DNA from: Patescibacteria group bacterium
GTDB taxonomy: Bacteria > Patescibacteriota > Minisyncoccia > Moranbacterales > GWC2-37-73
Length of the DNA: 60,138 bases
Reading direction: 5' to 3'
Assembly: GCA_022709565.1 (NCBI GenBank)
Contig: JAKLIO010000002.1
Span: 1-60,138, forward strand
The position numbers and the translations under genes were made by a program. Shown one piece after another: positions 15,935 through 25,329 of the stretch. The stretch's first letter is position 1. Each line of letters opens with the position of its first letter. Below the pieces are notes generated by a model. That model was not told where the DNA came from. It made no database searches and saw only the letters and a program-made list of their open reading frames with translations.

Positions 15935-16951
15935 TTACTGATTACTGGTTACTTTCCCATTCGCATTATATTGCACATCTCTCACTACTCCCGGATCACT
16001 GCTGACTAATCCCATATCTTTGCCATTTATTTTCACAAACGTTTCATTGCCTTTGCCGGAAGTTATGCTTATGACTTCTTTGGCTTCAAAATTTTGGACC
16101 GATTGTGGCAGGAGCACTCCGCTGTATACTAAATTATCATCTGCTTTAACTGATAGCCAAGTCGGATTAGGATTGACATAAACTTGAGCAGATATTGCCG
16201 TGGCATTTTCAGTCTTGTCTGCAACTGTTGCCTGATCTGGGATATTCATATCCCCGCCTGTTTGTTCAGAAGCATCTTGGAAATTAGCATTGACTGTTAT
16301 GGACTGCGTCGTTTCCTTGTCGAATTTGCTTTTGACCCTGACTGTTATTGTGTTTGACCCCTGTTTCAAGCCAACATCTTCGCCGAATTCTCCATTTTCA
16401 CTGACCATCACCGGCTGATCATTAATGAAAACAAGCGCGTCTTTTTCGGCAATGCCGACCACATGGGAAGAGTTGCCTTCAATTGTTTCTCCTGCCATTG
16501 GCTTCATTATTGACAAACGTGGTTTGGAAATAAAATTATTGACTTCAATATAGAGATATAAGAAGCTGCCCAGAATCAGAATTGCCAAACCGCTGGCAAT
16601 AATCACCTTTGGAGTAACTACGAAACTGGAAAATTTTATGGGCGTTCCGGGATTGTCAGTATCAACAATTTTTTTAATGTTTTTTTGAATGCCTTTTTCT
16701 CTTTCATATTGTTTAATCAGCATTTTTTCGTTTAGCCCCATGAACACAGCGTAGCTGCGAAGAAAACCCCTGACATAAACATCCGCCGGCAGTTTCATGT
16801 ATTCCCCTTGCTCGATATATTCGAGATACTTGGCCTGGATTTTGGTGCTTTTGGAAATTTCCGCCAAACTCAACCGGCGTTCATCGCGGATTTTTTTCAT
16901 CCGTTCGCCCAAAGTCAGTGAATCAATTTTTTTGGTAGTGAATCGAACCAT
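15935..16951 (-). CDS. RodZ-like cytoskeleton/HTH membrane protein
   Basis: N-terminal XRE-type HTH (LTLGERMKKIRDERRLSLAEISKSTKIQAKYLEYIEQGEY), a central transmembrane helix and a C-terminal beta-rich domain, matching the RodZ layout. Confidence 0.7.
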   Translation of the reverse strand: MVRFTTKKIDSLTLGERMKKIRDERRLSLAEISKSTKIQAKYLEYIEQGEYMKLPADVYVRGFLRSYAVFMGLNEKMLIKQYEREKGIQKNIKKIVDTDNPGTPIKFSSFVVTPKVIIASGLAILILGSFLYLYIEVNNFISKPRLSIMKPMAGETIEGNSSHVVGIAEKDALVFINDQPVMVSENGEFGEDVGLKQGSNTITVRVKSKFDKETTQSITVNANFQDASEQTGGDMNIPDQATVADKTENATAISAQVYVNPNPTWLSVKADDNLVYSGVLLPQSVQNFEAKEVISITSGKGNETFVKINGKDMGLVSSDPGVVRDVQYNANGKVTSNQ

Positions 16952-17077
16952 ACAGAAGTTACAAGTTTATAAAGTAAAAAGTTACAAAGTAAAATTTGTG
17001 TTTTTGTTTTTATGTTTTAAGCCCAACTTTATGAACCTTAAAAACTTGATAAACTTTTGACTTGCGCTTCTGGCGCA

Positions 17078-19441
17078 TTACATCTGCCATTTATCACGGA
17101 CAACCTGATCTTCTATCGGACTTTCATAGGCTGGATCATTTTCTCCGGCAATCAGGACTTCACGCGGCTTGGCGCCATCCGATGGGCCAATCACTCCGCG
17201 ATCCTCTAGAATATCTATTAATCTGGCTGCTCGTGAATATCCAATCCGCATGCGTCTTTGAAGCAGTGAAGAAGAAGCTTTGCCGGCTTGCAATATTATT
17301 TCCTTGGCTTCTTCATAACGCTCGTCTTCCATATCATTATTGTTTTCCGGAATTGAAGCAAAATCAATTTTTCCGCCGGGCGTATAGGTTGTGGTGACTT
17401 CTCCGTTTTTATGTCCCAGAGATTTTTTGTCTTCCGCGACAATATCATCACTTAAATCATCTTCTATTTTTTCAAATTTTTGATCCTTAATGAATTTGAC
17501 GACGCGCTTTATTTCTTCTTCGGAAACAAAAGCTCCCTGCACGCGTTTGAGGTCAACAGCTTCAGCCGCTGAATAGAGCATGTCGCCATTACCCAGCAAT
17601 TTTTCAGCTCCGCTGGCATCCAAGATCGTGCGCGAATCCATCAGCGCCGGAACCCGGAAAGCAATGCGAGTCGGAATGTTGGATTTGATAAGTCCCGTTA
17701 TAACGGTCACTGTCGGTTTCTGCGTGCTGAGTATCAGATGAATGCCAACTGCGCGGGACATTTGCGCTAAGCGAATGACAGCGCCTTCAACTTCTTTGCC
17801 ATGCGAAGCCATGAGATCGGCCAATTCGTCAACCACAATAACAATATATGGAATTTTTTGCACTGTTTCTTCTATAATTTCCCCGGAATTTTCATTCAAA
17901 CGCTGGAATGTTTCACCGCTCTTAGCTTTCGCATTAAAAGAAGCGATATCTTTAGACCCAACTTCCTGAAGCAATTTGTATCGGCGTTCCATTTCACCGA
18001 TTGCCCATTTCAGAGCGCTCAGCACTTTTCCGTTGTCCACTACCACGTCAGCCAAAAGATGCGGAATACCGTTGTACGGAGTCAGTTCAACCCTCTTAGG
18101 ATCAACCAAGATGAGCTTCAAATCCTCCGGAGAATTCTGATAAAGCATAGAAAGTAGAATTGTGTTTATGCAAACGCTCTTTCCACTGCCAGTCGATCCG
18201 GCAATCAAGAGGTGCGGCATTTTTTTGAGATCGCTACAAATATAATTTCCATTTACATCTTTTCCTAATGCTAACAAAAGATTTGATTTGCGATTTTCAA
18301 ATTCCAAAGAGCGCAAAAGTTCCGGCAACCTGATTATGGCAGTTTTCTTGTTTGGAACTTCTATGCCAACCAAAGATTTGCCTGGAATCGGAGCTTCGAT
18401 TCTTACTTGTCTGGCTGCGAGCCGAAGAGCCAAGTCGCTGCTAAGGTTCGTTATTCGACTAAGCTTCACACCAACCGCTGGACGAAAACTATACTGGGTA
18501 ACTGTCGGTCCGGTCACTATTTCTCCGAGTTCTACTTCAATGCCGAAATTGCGCAAAGTATCCTGAATAATTTTGGCGTTCTTGTCGACATCTCCAGCTT
18601 GAGCCTTTTCAACAGTATCGTCCAGCAAATCAACCGGCGGCAATTCCCAAGCGACATGTTGCCCGGGCGCATCGTCTTCCTTTTTGTTTTTTGGCGTCCA
18701 AGCGGCTGCTTTTTTGAGAATAGATTTCATGCGGCTTTCCTTTTCATCTTCTTCGCCTTCATTAGGATCTTGCACAAATTCTGTTTTCGGATCTTCTTTG
18801 TCTTCCCCCTCTTCCTCTTGCTCCTTATTTTTCATTTCTTCATCAGTTGCTCCTTCTTCACTTTCAGATTCATCTTCATTTTCATCGATTTTTTTGCGGA
18901 TGAATTTTTCAATTAACATTGCTAATGAAAAATTAAAAGCAAAGATAATTCCAATCAGGAACAAAGCCACAAAAATGATTGCGCCGCCTACTGTACCGGC
19001 GAGTTTCAGAAAAAGATACGCAAAAGCATAGCCCAAAAATCCTCCGCCCCCGCCAATTTTAGCCACAGCTAACATTTCGTTGGGCTCGTAGGAAAGAATA
19101 TGAATGAAACTTAAAACGCTGATAAAAGCTATTGTTATCCCCAAAATTTTAGAGATATAGAAAAGCGTCTCTTTGCGGAAAAGCAAAATTATACCGGCAA
19201 TAACTAAGATTAGAGGAGAAGCATATTTGCCAACGCCAAACAGCATGCCGGCAGTTGAATTCAAAAAATCTCCCAAAATTCCGGCTTCAACAATTTTAGC
19301 TTCAGACAAAAAACCAAGCACAAAAAGAATCGCTAAAGCGAAAAGGAAAATGGCCGCTGCGCTGCGCTTTGCGTCACCGTGGATGATCGGCTTTGACTCA
19401 GATTCTTCAGCTTTCTCTTGATTCTTTTTTCTTCTTCCCAT
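17078..19441 (-). CDS. ftsK: DNA translocase FtsK/SpoIIIE
   Basis: N-terminal transmembrane segments, an acidic linker, the motor domain (Walker A GSTGSGKS; VVDELADLM) and a C-terminal gamma wHTH (LLQRRMRIGYSRAARLIDILE). The first ATG is at 19441; the track start at 19447 is TTG. Confidence 0.93.
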   Translation of the reverse strand: MGRRKKNQEKAEESESKPIIHGDAKRSAAAIFLFALAILFVLGFLSEAKIVEAGILGDFLNSTAGMLFGVGKYASPLILVIAGIILLFRKETLFYISKILGITIAFISVLSFIHILSYEPNEMLAVAKIGGGGGFLGYAFAYLFLKLAGTVGGAIIFVALFLIGIIFAFNFSLAMLIEKFIRKKIDENEDESESEEGATDEEMKNKEQEEEGEDKEDPKTEFVQDPNEGEEDEKESRMKSILKKAAAWTPKNKKEDDAPGQHVAWELPPVDLLDDTVEKAQAGDVDKNAKIIQDTLRNFGIEVELGEIVTGPTVTQYSFRPAVGVKLSRITNLSSDLALRLAARQVRIEAPIPGKSLVGIEVPNKKTAIIRLPELLRSLEFENRKSNLLLALGKDVNGNYICSDLKKMPHLLIAGSTGSGKSVCINTILLSMLYQNSPEDLKLILVDPKRVELTPYNGIPHLLADVVVDNGKVLSALKWAIGEMERRYKLLQEVGSKDIASFNAKAKSGETFQRLNENSGEIIEETVQKIPYIVIVVDELADLMASHGKEVEGAVIRLAQMSRAVGIHLILSTQKPTVTVITGLIKSNIPTRIAFRVPALMDSRTILDASGAEKLLGNGDMLYSAAEAVDLKRVQGAFVSEEEIKRVVKFIKDQKFEKIEDDLSDDIVAEDKKSLGHKNGEVTTTYTPGGKIDFASIPENNNDMEDERYEEAKEIILQAGKASSSLLQRRMRIGYSRAARLIDILEDRGVIGPSDGAKPREVLIAGENDPAYESPIEDQVVRDKWQM

Positions 19442-19519
19442 AGCCAAATTTTAGAAAATGGTTAATAGTTCTGTTTAACTTATTTTAACACATATTTTCT
19501 CTACTCCAAAGCCCTTGCA

Positions 19520-19846
19520 TTAGGCAGTAAAAATCGCCGTCCGACTCTGGTTAAGAGAGTTATTTTTTAAGGAACATTTTTTCATTCTTAATATATTTTC
19601 GAGAATCAATTTCTGCGTCTCTTCAATATCCAGAATTTTACGGCGATAGTCTTCCTTAATCCTGTAGCTCTTGATGTGCATAACCGCTTCGCTTATCCGC
19701 GGATTTTCCAGCGCTTTTATTTCTTTGCTCATCATTTTATAGAGTTCATTCATGCGCCATTCGCAGATCCAAACGGAAGCCACGCCCACACAAAAAGCGG
19801 CAACTATCAATAATGCAATGTAAATAAAAGTGGTTATGATTATCAT
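19520..19846 (-). CDS. Hypothetical small membrane protein
   Basis: 108 aa with an N-terminal transmembrane helix (IIITTFIYIALLIVAAFCVGVASVWI). No recognisable motif. Confidence 0.5.
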   Translation of the reverse strand: MIIITTFIYIALLIVAAFCVGVASVWICEWRMNELYKMMSKEIKALENPRISEAVMHIKSYRIKEDYRRKILDIEETQKLILENILRMKKCSLKNNSLNQSRTAIFTA

Positions 19847-19863
19847 AAATTATTTTTTTATTT

Positions 19864-20532
19864 TTAGAGGCTTATAAATTTCACCGGCAGGACGCGACGA
19901 AAAATTCCCGCGATAAAAATAACATCGGCTTCCGACAAATAGATCGGGTGATGCGCGTCATTGGTAGAATGCGGGAAAAGTCCAATCACGCCTTTGCCCA
20001 TATTTTTATAACGCTTGATAGTGGCCATACCATTAATAACCGCCACCACAACTTTTCCCTCCAAATCAGCTTGCCCTTCAACTTTTTCAAAAATCGCATA
20101 ATCTCCGTCATTGATTCCGTCTTTATTCATCGAGTCTCCGAGCGCTTTGACCGCAAACATTTTTTCCGGTTGCGTTTTGCCAAACAGACTTTTGGAAAGT
20201 TGGAGAAAGTCATCCGCCGGATTGTCTTCGGCATACGCCAGCGCTTCTCCGCAAGAAGCCAGACCGTAGAGCGGAATGGAAAAAACATTTTGCGCGTCGC
20301 CGTAATTTTCATTTTCTACCAGGTATATTTTTTTATTCTCATCACGCGTGATTAGATCTTTCTTTTCCAGCGCTTCGATCACTTGCATGACTGATTTCAT
20401 GCTGTCGCTGCCACCCTTGGAAACCAAGTATTTATGCAAGCGATAGCTGGTTGGCTTCTCGCCGTTTTGCATTGTGATTTCCCGAATGTATTCGAGAATG
20501 TTTTTTTGTTTAGCAGTTAGTTTTTGTTCCAT
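19864..20532 (-). CDS. lexA: LexA-family repressor (S24 peptidase)
   Basis: N-terminal wHTH (LTAKQKNILEYIRE...) and a C-terminal S24 domain with GDSM and a downstream Lys (VVVAVINGMATIKRY). Confidence 0.85.
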   Translation of the reverse strand: MEQKLTAKQKNILEYIREITMQNGEKPTSYRLHKYLVSKGGSDSMKSVMQVIEALEKKDLITRDENKKIYLVENENYGDAQNVFSIPLYGLASCGEALAYAEDNPADDFLQLSKSLFGKTQPEKMFAVKALGDSMNKDGINDGDYAIFEKVEGQADLEGKVVVAVINGMATIKRYKNMGKGVIGLFPHSTNDAHHPIYLSEADVIFIAGIFRRVLPVKFISL

Positions 20533-20550
20533 ATTTTTTTATTTTAAATT

Positions 20551-20579
20551 ATTATAGTGTTATTTTATCACTACTTCAA
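20551..20579 (-). promoter_or_regulatory. lexA promoter with an embedded palindrome (candidate operator)
   Basis: Minus strand reads TTGAAG, a 17-nt spacer, then TATAAT. The spacer contains TAGTG-N9-CACTA (20555-20573). Confidence 0.45.
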
Positions 20580-20673
20580 TATCACTGCAATACCACCCTG
20601 TGGATAACTTTATGTTTCAGCTCTCCAAAAAACCGACAAATCTGAAAGACTCAAAAAATGGCTTTCTAGAGAC

Positions 20674-20709
20674 AAAAAAATGCCGGATTCCAAGTTGAAG
20701 GAAACCGGC
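20674..20709 (-). terminator. Terminator of the 20729-21070 gene
   Basis: Minus-strand CCGGTTTCC...GGAATCCGG followed by CATTTTTTTG. Confidence 0.55.
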
Positions 20710-20728
20710 TATAACTTTTTTCCATAAA

Positions 20729-21070
20729 CTAGTGTTTAAATGAAAAAAATGCAAGGCTCTCATCTACTATACTGCTACTTTCTTGCACGAAAATCTCAAG
20801 CATTCTTTGAGCATGTCTGCCCATAAGATACTTGTATGCGTTGAAATTACTTCTTTCGTCTAATTTTAATCCCCTTTGTAGAATTTTTCCGCCCTGTTTG
20901 TAGATCTCCCAAACCTGCAAATCATCGACTGCAATGATTCGGCTTTCTACATCTTCCGACTCTTGTTTGTAAGAAAATTTACTAATTGTGACATTGGGAA
21001 CTCCCATTTCTTCTAGAAAATCAGTCTCTTTTTTGCTGACCCTGTCCAGCGTCTTAAAAAATGCAAACAT
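20729..21070 (-). CDS. Hypothetical protein (113 aa)
   Basis: Strong SD (ggaaAGGAGGctccgcATG). The palindrome GAGTCAA-t-TTGACTC lies just upstream of the SD. No recognisable motif. Confidence 0.6.
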   Translation of the reverse strand: MFAFFKTLDRVSKKETDFLEEMGVPNVTISKFSYKQESEDVESRIIAVDDLQVWEIYKQGGKILQRGLKLDERSNFNAYKYLMGRHAQRMLEIFVQESSSIVDESLAFFSFKH

Positions 21071-21239
21071 GCGGAGCCTCCTTTCCGAGTCAAATTGACT
21101 CTGATTATGAATATTTGAATGTTAAAAAAACTATTGCTATCTACTTAATTATTACCGCTGAAATCGCCGGCTATTTCAAAATAAAAAAAGCGATTATTTT
21201 TAAAAACCGCTCTTTTATGCAAGATCTGGAAATGAATTA

Positions 21240-21280
21240 AAAAAACTAAAGGCCAGTCTGCTCTTTGAGCGACCGGCCTT
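21240..21280 (-). terminator. Terminator after the small ORF at 21292-21429
   Basis: Minus-strand AAGGCCGGTC...GACTGGCCTT followed by a T-rich tail. Confidence 0.55.
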
Positions 21281-21291
21281 GCGTGCGATTT

Positions 21292-21429
21292 TCACTTAAT
21301 TTTGTTTTTTTTCGAACTACGCTGATGTCTCCTGTGAGCCCTTTCTTTGAATTCAAGTTTTTTTAAACTTTCAGAAAAAGCCGACGACCTTTTAAGGTCA
21401 AAAAAATCCATTATCCTTTCCACAAACAT
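21292..21429 (-). CDS. Small basic hypothetical protein (45 aa), below the ORF-track size cutoff
   Basis: Strong SD (GGAAGGGGAGGGGctgaagtATG). My translation is MFVERIMDFFDLKRSSAFSESLKKLEFKERAHRRHQRSSKKNKIK. It has its own terminator. Confidence 0.4.
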   Translation of the reverse strand: MFVERIMDFFDLKRSSAFSESLKKLEFKERAHRRHQRSSKKNKIK

Positions 21430-21559
21430 ACTTCAGCCCCTCCCCTTCCTCTTTGTTTAATTTAATGAAAAATTGATATTAAGATCTATATTACACCTAA
21501 ACCAAAAATATGCAAGCACGGGTGATTATTCACTTTTCCGAAAGGCTGTTTTGTAGGTC

Positions 21560-21597
21560 TTGACATTTTTGGTTCTTTCAATTATCATTGATAATTG
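21560..21597 (+). promoter_or_regulatory. Promoter of the L,D-transpeptidase gene, overlapped by a perfect 19-bp palindrome
   Basis: TTGACA (21560-21565), a 17-nt spacer, then TATCAT (21583-21588). The palindrome CAATTATCA-T-TGATAATTG spans 21579-21597. Confidence 0.5.
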
Positions 21598-21640
21598 CAT
21601 GAATAGCTGTTTAAAAACTACAAGGAGAGGGAGGATTATT

Positions 21641-22270
21641 ATGAAGATTAGAAGTCTTGTTTTTTTTGTTTGCATTATTTGTTCTTTTTTAGTGGGAACA
21701 GCTTTTGCCCAAGATGTTCCGGAAGGTTTTGTCACGTACAAAGTCAAGCGGGGAGATTCTTTGGGTAAAATCGCTCCAGATGATCATCATGAATTAATAA
21801 TGAAGATCAACAAATTTGACAGGCGACATCTACCGATCGGGAAAGAAATATTAATTCCAGTAGATTTCGAAAAGGCTAGTGAATTCACGCCGGTTCCGAC
21901 ATATTGCGAAGAAACAAGCGATAGTGAACGATCCGTGCATGTTTTTCTGGGCACCCAATACTTTGGTGCCTATGAAAAAGGCCAACTGGTTTTCTGGGGA
22001 CCGATTTCATCTGGCAAAGGAAGAAAAGGAACTCGCCCCGGAAACTTTAAAGCAGCAAAGAAAGAACCCTTGCATCTGTCTAAACTCTATGGGAGAGCTC
22101 CGATGCCGTTTTCGGTAAATTTGTCCAGAACTCATTATTTCCTCCACCAGGGGGATTTGCCGGGCTATCCTGCTTCTCATGGTTGCACCCGCCTGCTGCG
22201 CGAGGATGCTAAAAAAATATATGACTGGATCAAAATAAATGATCCGGTCATAATCAGTCGCAATAACTAG
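21641..22270 (+). CDS. LysM-domain L,D-transpeptidase (YkuD family), secreted
   Basis: SD aAGGAGAGGGAGGattattATG. Signal peptide MKIRSLVFFVCIICSFLVGTAFA, LysM segment (YKVKRGDSLGKIAP) and catalytic SHGCTRL. The track start at 21560 is probably a 5' over-extension. Confidence 0.8.
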   Translation: MKIRSLVFFVCIICSFLVGTAFAQDVPEGFVTYKVKRGDSLGKIAPDDHHELIMKINKFDRRHLPIGKEILIPVDFEKASEFTPVPTYCEETSDSERSVHVFLGTQYFGAYEKGQLVFWGPISSGKGRKGTRPGNFKAAKKEPLHLSKLYGRAPMPFSVNLSRTHYFLHQGDLPGYPASHGCTRLLREDAKKIYDWIKINDPVIISRNN

Positions 22271-22277
22271 ATAGAAT

Positions 22278-22320
22278 GACGCCGCATGAGCTCAACAAGC
22301 TCGTGCGGCGTTTTCTTTTT
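22278..22320 (+). terminator. Terminator of the L,D-transpeptidase gene
   Basis: GACGCCGCATGAGC...GCTCGTGCGGCGT followed by TTTTCTTTTTT. Confidence 0.7.
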
Positions 22321-22348
22321 TCTGTAAAAACAGCCTCTTCTTTATTTT

Positions 22349-22379
22349 CTCGCCACGGATTTGGGGAAATAAAAAAACC
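22349..22379 (-). repeat. Island junction module 1, copy F
   Basis: Minus strand reads GGTTTTTTTATTTCCCCAAATCCGTGGCGAGA, directly after a terminator stem (CCACCC...GGGTGG). Confidence 0.7.
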
Positions 22380-22435
22380 ACCCCGATACTATTCTATCTG
22401 CTGGGTGGTTATTAACTAATAGGGCGAACAATTTT

Positions 22436-22696
22436 CTACCAACGCATCGCGAGGACTTGTTCGATGACAATCTTATATTGTATTCTGTCTTCATAGTTTA
22501 ATATTTTTTTCTCTCTTGAATAAATAAACTCTTCTTCTTGTCTTAGCATCCAACTGATCAAAGGTGCTTTGTTCGACAAGAAATATGTTTCATTTAAGAA
22601 AGATAAAAAAACATCAATCTCTTCATTTAAAAAATTTTCTTCCCGTAACACCTTTATCCAGCCCCCCATATCGTCGTCGGGAATTTTAATTACCAT
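22436..22696 (-). CDS. Hypothetical protein (86 aa)
   Basis: SD taGGGGGAGaattataATG at the internal Met of the track ORF. No recognisable motif. Confidence 0.5.
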   Translation of the reverse strand: MVIKIPDDDMGGWIKVLREENFLNEEIDVFLSFLNETYFLSNKAPLISWMLRQEEEFIYSREKKILNYEDRIQYKIVIEQVLAMRW

Positions 22697-22777
22697 TATA
22701 ATTCTCCCCCTAGAATCGAATTTTGTTGTTATTATTAAGGTAAACCAAAAAAATAACAATAAACTATTATTGACAAT

Positions 22778-23182
22778 TTAAATCCGAAAAACATCTTGCT
22801 TGTTTACTCTGAACCCCAGAAAATTGTATTTTTCTGCTACCGATTCTAAGGCATCAAGCGCTGCAGCACACTCTGGAAATTTTTCCCTGGCTTCCTCGCA
22901 AAGATACAATTTGCACGATAGAGATTTTGTTGCGCATCCAGTTTTCAGTAGATGACAACAACCGCCGCAACAATCCCACTGCATTCCCGTAAAACACTTT
23001 CCCTTTTTGAAAACGCAAGGTTTATATTTAGAAAGCACCCTGCGAGCTGCGCTGTAGAGCACGTCGTACAATTTAGATTTTATATTAAATTCCGTCTTCG
23101 ACATTTTCTTCTCTCTCATTTGTGCGCCTGTTTTAAATTCAGATAATGCCTTTGAAAGATTGACATTTTTACCATGTGGCAT
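22778..23182 (-). CDS. Cys-rich hypothetical protein (134 aa), possibly metal/Fe-S binding
   Basis: SD aaaGGGGGAAAGaatcATG. Cys cluster KPCVFKKGKCFTGMQWDCCGGCCHLLKTGCATKSLSCKLYLCEE, which loosely resembles the CxxCxxCC zinc/iron-chelating family. Confidence 0.5.
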   Translation of the reverse strand: MPHGKNVNLSKALSEFKTGAQMREKKMSKTEFNIKSKLYDVLYSAARRVLSKYKPCVFKKGKCFTGMQWDCCGGCCHLLKTGCATKSLSCKLYLCEEAREKFPECAAALDALESVAEKYNFLGFRVNKQDVFRI

Positions 23183-23263
23183 GATTCTTTCCCCCTTTAT
23201 ATATGAATTTGTAAAATAACCGATTTTAAATATTACTTCATTGTTGATCAAAAGTCAAGTCAG

Positions 23264-23299
23264 CCAAATCCCGCCGCGGATTTGGGGAATAAAAAAACC
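23264..23299 (-). repeat. Island junction module 1, copy E
   Basis: Minus strand reads GGTTTTTTTATTCCCCAAATCCGCGGCGGGATTTGG, with a CCAAATCC/GGATTTGG hairpin. Confidence 0.75.
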
Positions 23300-23325
23300 G
23301 CTGAGACCATGTTGAGTCTCAGCGG
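23291..23325 (-). terminator. Helicase gene terminator
   Basis: Minus-strand CCGCTGAGAC-tcaacatg-GTCTCAGCGG followed by TTTTTTT. Confidence 0.8.
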
Positions 23326-23333
23326 CGCTAATT

Positions 23334-25211
23334 CTACTTGTCTGTTTTTCTATTTTTAAAAAATTCATTGAGTCTTTCAAAGAAACTATATTCGTCGCAA
23401 TCATAAAATGAGTTTGGAAAAGGTGGCAACATCGGATCAACCTTCCTAGCAACACAGTAATAGCTCTTCCAGCTGTATGCATTGGCTTTTAAGGCTGCCT
23501 CTAAACATTCTTGTTCCGTAGCGTAATATTTTTTTCTCCTTTCTGCTGCTTTGTTCTTTCTAATTTCTTTTGTTTTTTCTTCCGCTTTACAGATACATTC
23601 TGGACAAATAACTTTTTCATCTAGTATTGTAAAAAGATATTCTTCATAATCCCTCTTACATTTAGAACAATTCCATAAGAATTTATCCAGAAAATTTTTT
23701 GTTACTGTAACTTCTTTTAATGGTATTGGGTTGCTAGCAGAGTATTTTGCAGCCAGTGTAGTATTTGCATTTACCAAATATTCTGAAGGTTTTGGTACCT
23801 TGCCAGCGCAAGCAGGACATCCTGTTTTTTGAATCAGGCGACTTTGACCTTGTGCCCACCATTCATGGGAACATTTTGAACATTTCCAAAGATACTTCCT
23901 ATGTGATCCTGCAGCTGCCTGCTCTGGTGGTAAAATATTTTCATTAGAATATTCCGCCAGAAGATTAGGAAAATCAGCCACAAAACGACACTCAATTCTT
24001 TTTATAATTTCTAGTATATCAATTTGATCGTCGCTAAAACAAAAGTCGAACGCTGAACCACTAACATGAAGCGATTCTTTGTTTAGAATAAAATTATTTC
24101 CGGCAAATTCTTTCACTCGATGAGCCATTTCTTTAACCATAGCTAATCTTTCACAATTAGCCACGAAATCAAGAACAATAACTTTTTCTTTGCCGAAAAT
24201 TTTTCGGAGACCCCTACCTAGTTGCTGAAAGAAAATCGTTTTGGAATCAGTACACCGCAAGAATACAATCAATTCTGCATCTGGAACATCAATGCCTTCA
24301 TTAAATTTATTAACTGCCAGAATATATTGCAGTGATCCTTCGCGAAAAGCATCCAGCCTTTTCCGATTTTCTTTTCTTCCACCTTTCACTTTGGAGTGAT
24401 AAGTTAGCGAACCCGGAAGATGTGACTGGAAGTTTTCTGCATGTTCAATTTTTTCACAGAATATAATCGCTTTTTTGCTTGAACTGGCATACTCCTGAAT
24501 CGTTCGAGCAATTTCTTCGTCACGTTTCTCGATGAAGATGCTTTCATTAATCTGCTTTACTGAAACACACTGGCCTTCTTCCAGTATACCCCTAATAATT
24601 TTCTTAAGCTTCCAGTGGTTCAAATTATCATTGAGAATACGATATTCAACCTGTGTCAGCCAACCCTTAGCAATCGCCTCTTCCAATGGATAATTTACAA
24701 CTTCTTTTCCGAATATTTCTCTAATGTCTTTCATATCCTCCCGATTAGGGGTGGCCGTGATACCGAGAAGTTTTTTTGGTTTGAAATACTGAATCACTTC
24801 TTTGAAAGTTGGAGCTTGACCGTGGTGCGATTCATCGACAATGATAAAATCAAATTCATCTTCGAAAAAAGCATTCTTCCAATTAGCATAGGTTTGGAAT
24901 GAAGCAAAGACTATATCTGATTTATCGGCGTCAAAATCTTTATCATTTCCAAAAAAGGAACACAATTTAGCCTTATCGCCCATGACCTTTCTAAACTCTT
25001 CCGTGGCTTGTTCCAGAATGCCATTATCATGGCAGAGAAACAATCCTTTACGTTTTTTCTTAAGTTCACTCTTCGCCCAAAATGCAGCTACGATGGTTTT
25101 GCCAAGGCCAGTGGCCATAACAACTAATGCTTTATTCTTTGTTTCGAAAGCTTTCATTATTAAATTGAGAGCTTCCCCTTGATAACCAAATAAATCAGAT
25201 GCTGTGATCAT
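23334..25211 (-). CDS. SF2 (ResIII/DEAH-type) helicase with C-terminal tandem zinc ribbons
   Basis: Motif I VMATGLGKT, motif II IIVDESHH, motif III ITATPNR, motif VI QQLGRGLR. The C-terminus has WKCSKCSHEWW...GCPACAGK and WNCSKCKRDY...CPECICK. SD ttGGAGGatataaaATG. Confidence 0.8.
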   Translation of the reverse strand: MITASDLFGYQGEALNLIMKAFETKNKALVVMATGLGKTIVAAFWAKSELKKKRKGLFLCHDNGILEQATEEFRKVMGDKAKLCSFFGNDKDFDADKSDIVFASFQTYANWKNAFFEDEFDFIIVDESHHGQAPTFKEVIQYFKPKKLLGITATPNREDMKDIREIFGKEVVNYPLEEAIAKGWLTQVEYRILNDNLNHWKLKKIIRGILEEGQCVSVKQINESIFIEKRDEEIARTIQEYASSSKKAIIFCEKIEHAENFQSHLPGSLTYHSKVKGGRKENRKRLDAFREGSLQYILAVNKFNEGIDVPDAELIVFLRCTDSKTIFFQQLGRGLRKIFGKEKVIVLDFVANCERLAMVKEMAHRVKEFAGNNFILNKESLHVSGSAFDFCFSDDQIDILEIIKRIECRFVADFPNLLAEYSNENILPPEQAAAGSHRKYLWKCSKCSHEWWAQGQSRLIQKTGCPACAGKVPKPSEYLVNANTTLAAKYSASNPIPLKEVTVTKNFLDKFLWNCSKCKRDYEEYLFTILDEKVICPECICKAEEKTKEIRKNKAAERRKKYYATEQECLEAALKANAYSWKSYYCVARKVDPMLPPFPNSFYDCDEYSFFERLNEFFKNRKTDK

Positions 25212-25269
25212 TTTATATCCTCCAATTCATATTTTATTGTTAAAATTGCTATCCAAAATCTGACAGATG

Positions 25270-25298
25270 ATAATAGCACAAAGATAGCATAGCGTCAA
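25270..25298 (-). promoter_or_regulatory. Helicase gene promoter
   Basis: Minus strand reads TTGACG, a 17-nt spacer, then TATTAT preceded by TGc (extended -10 type). Confidence 0.55.
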
Positions 25299-25329
25299 TG
25301 CCTAATATCGGCTCGAAATAAAGAACTTT

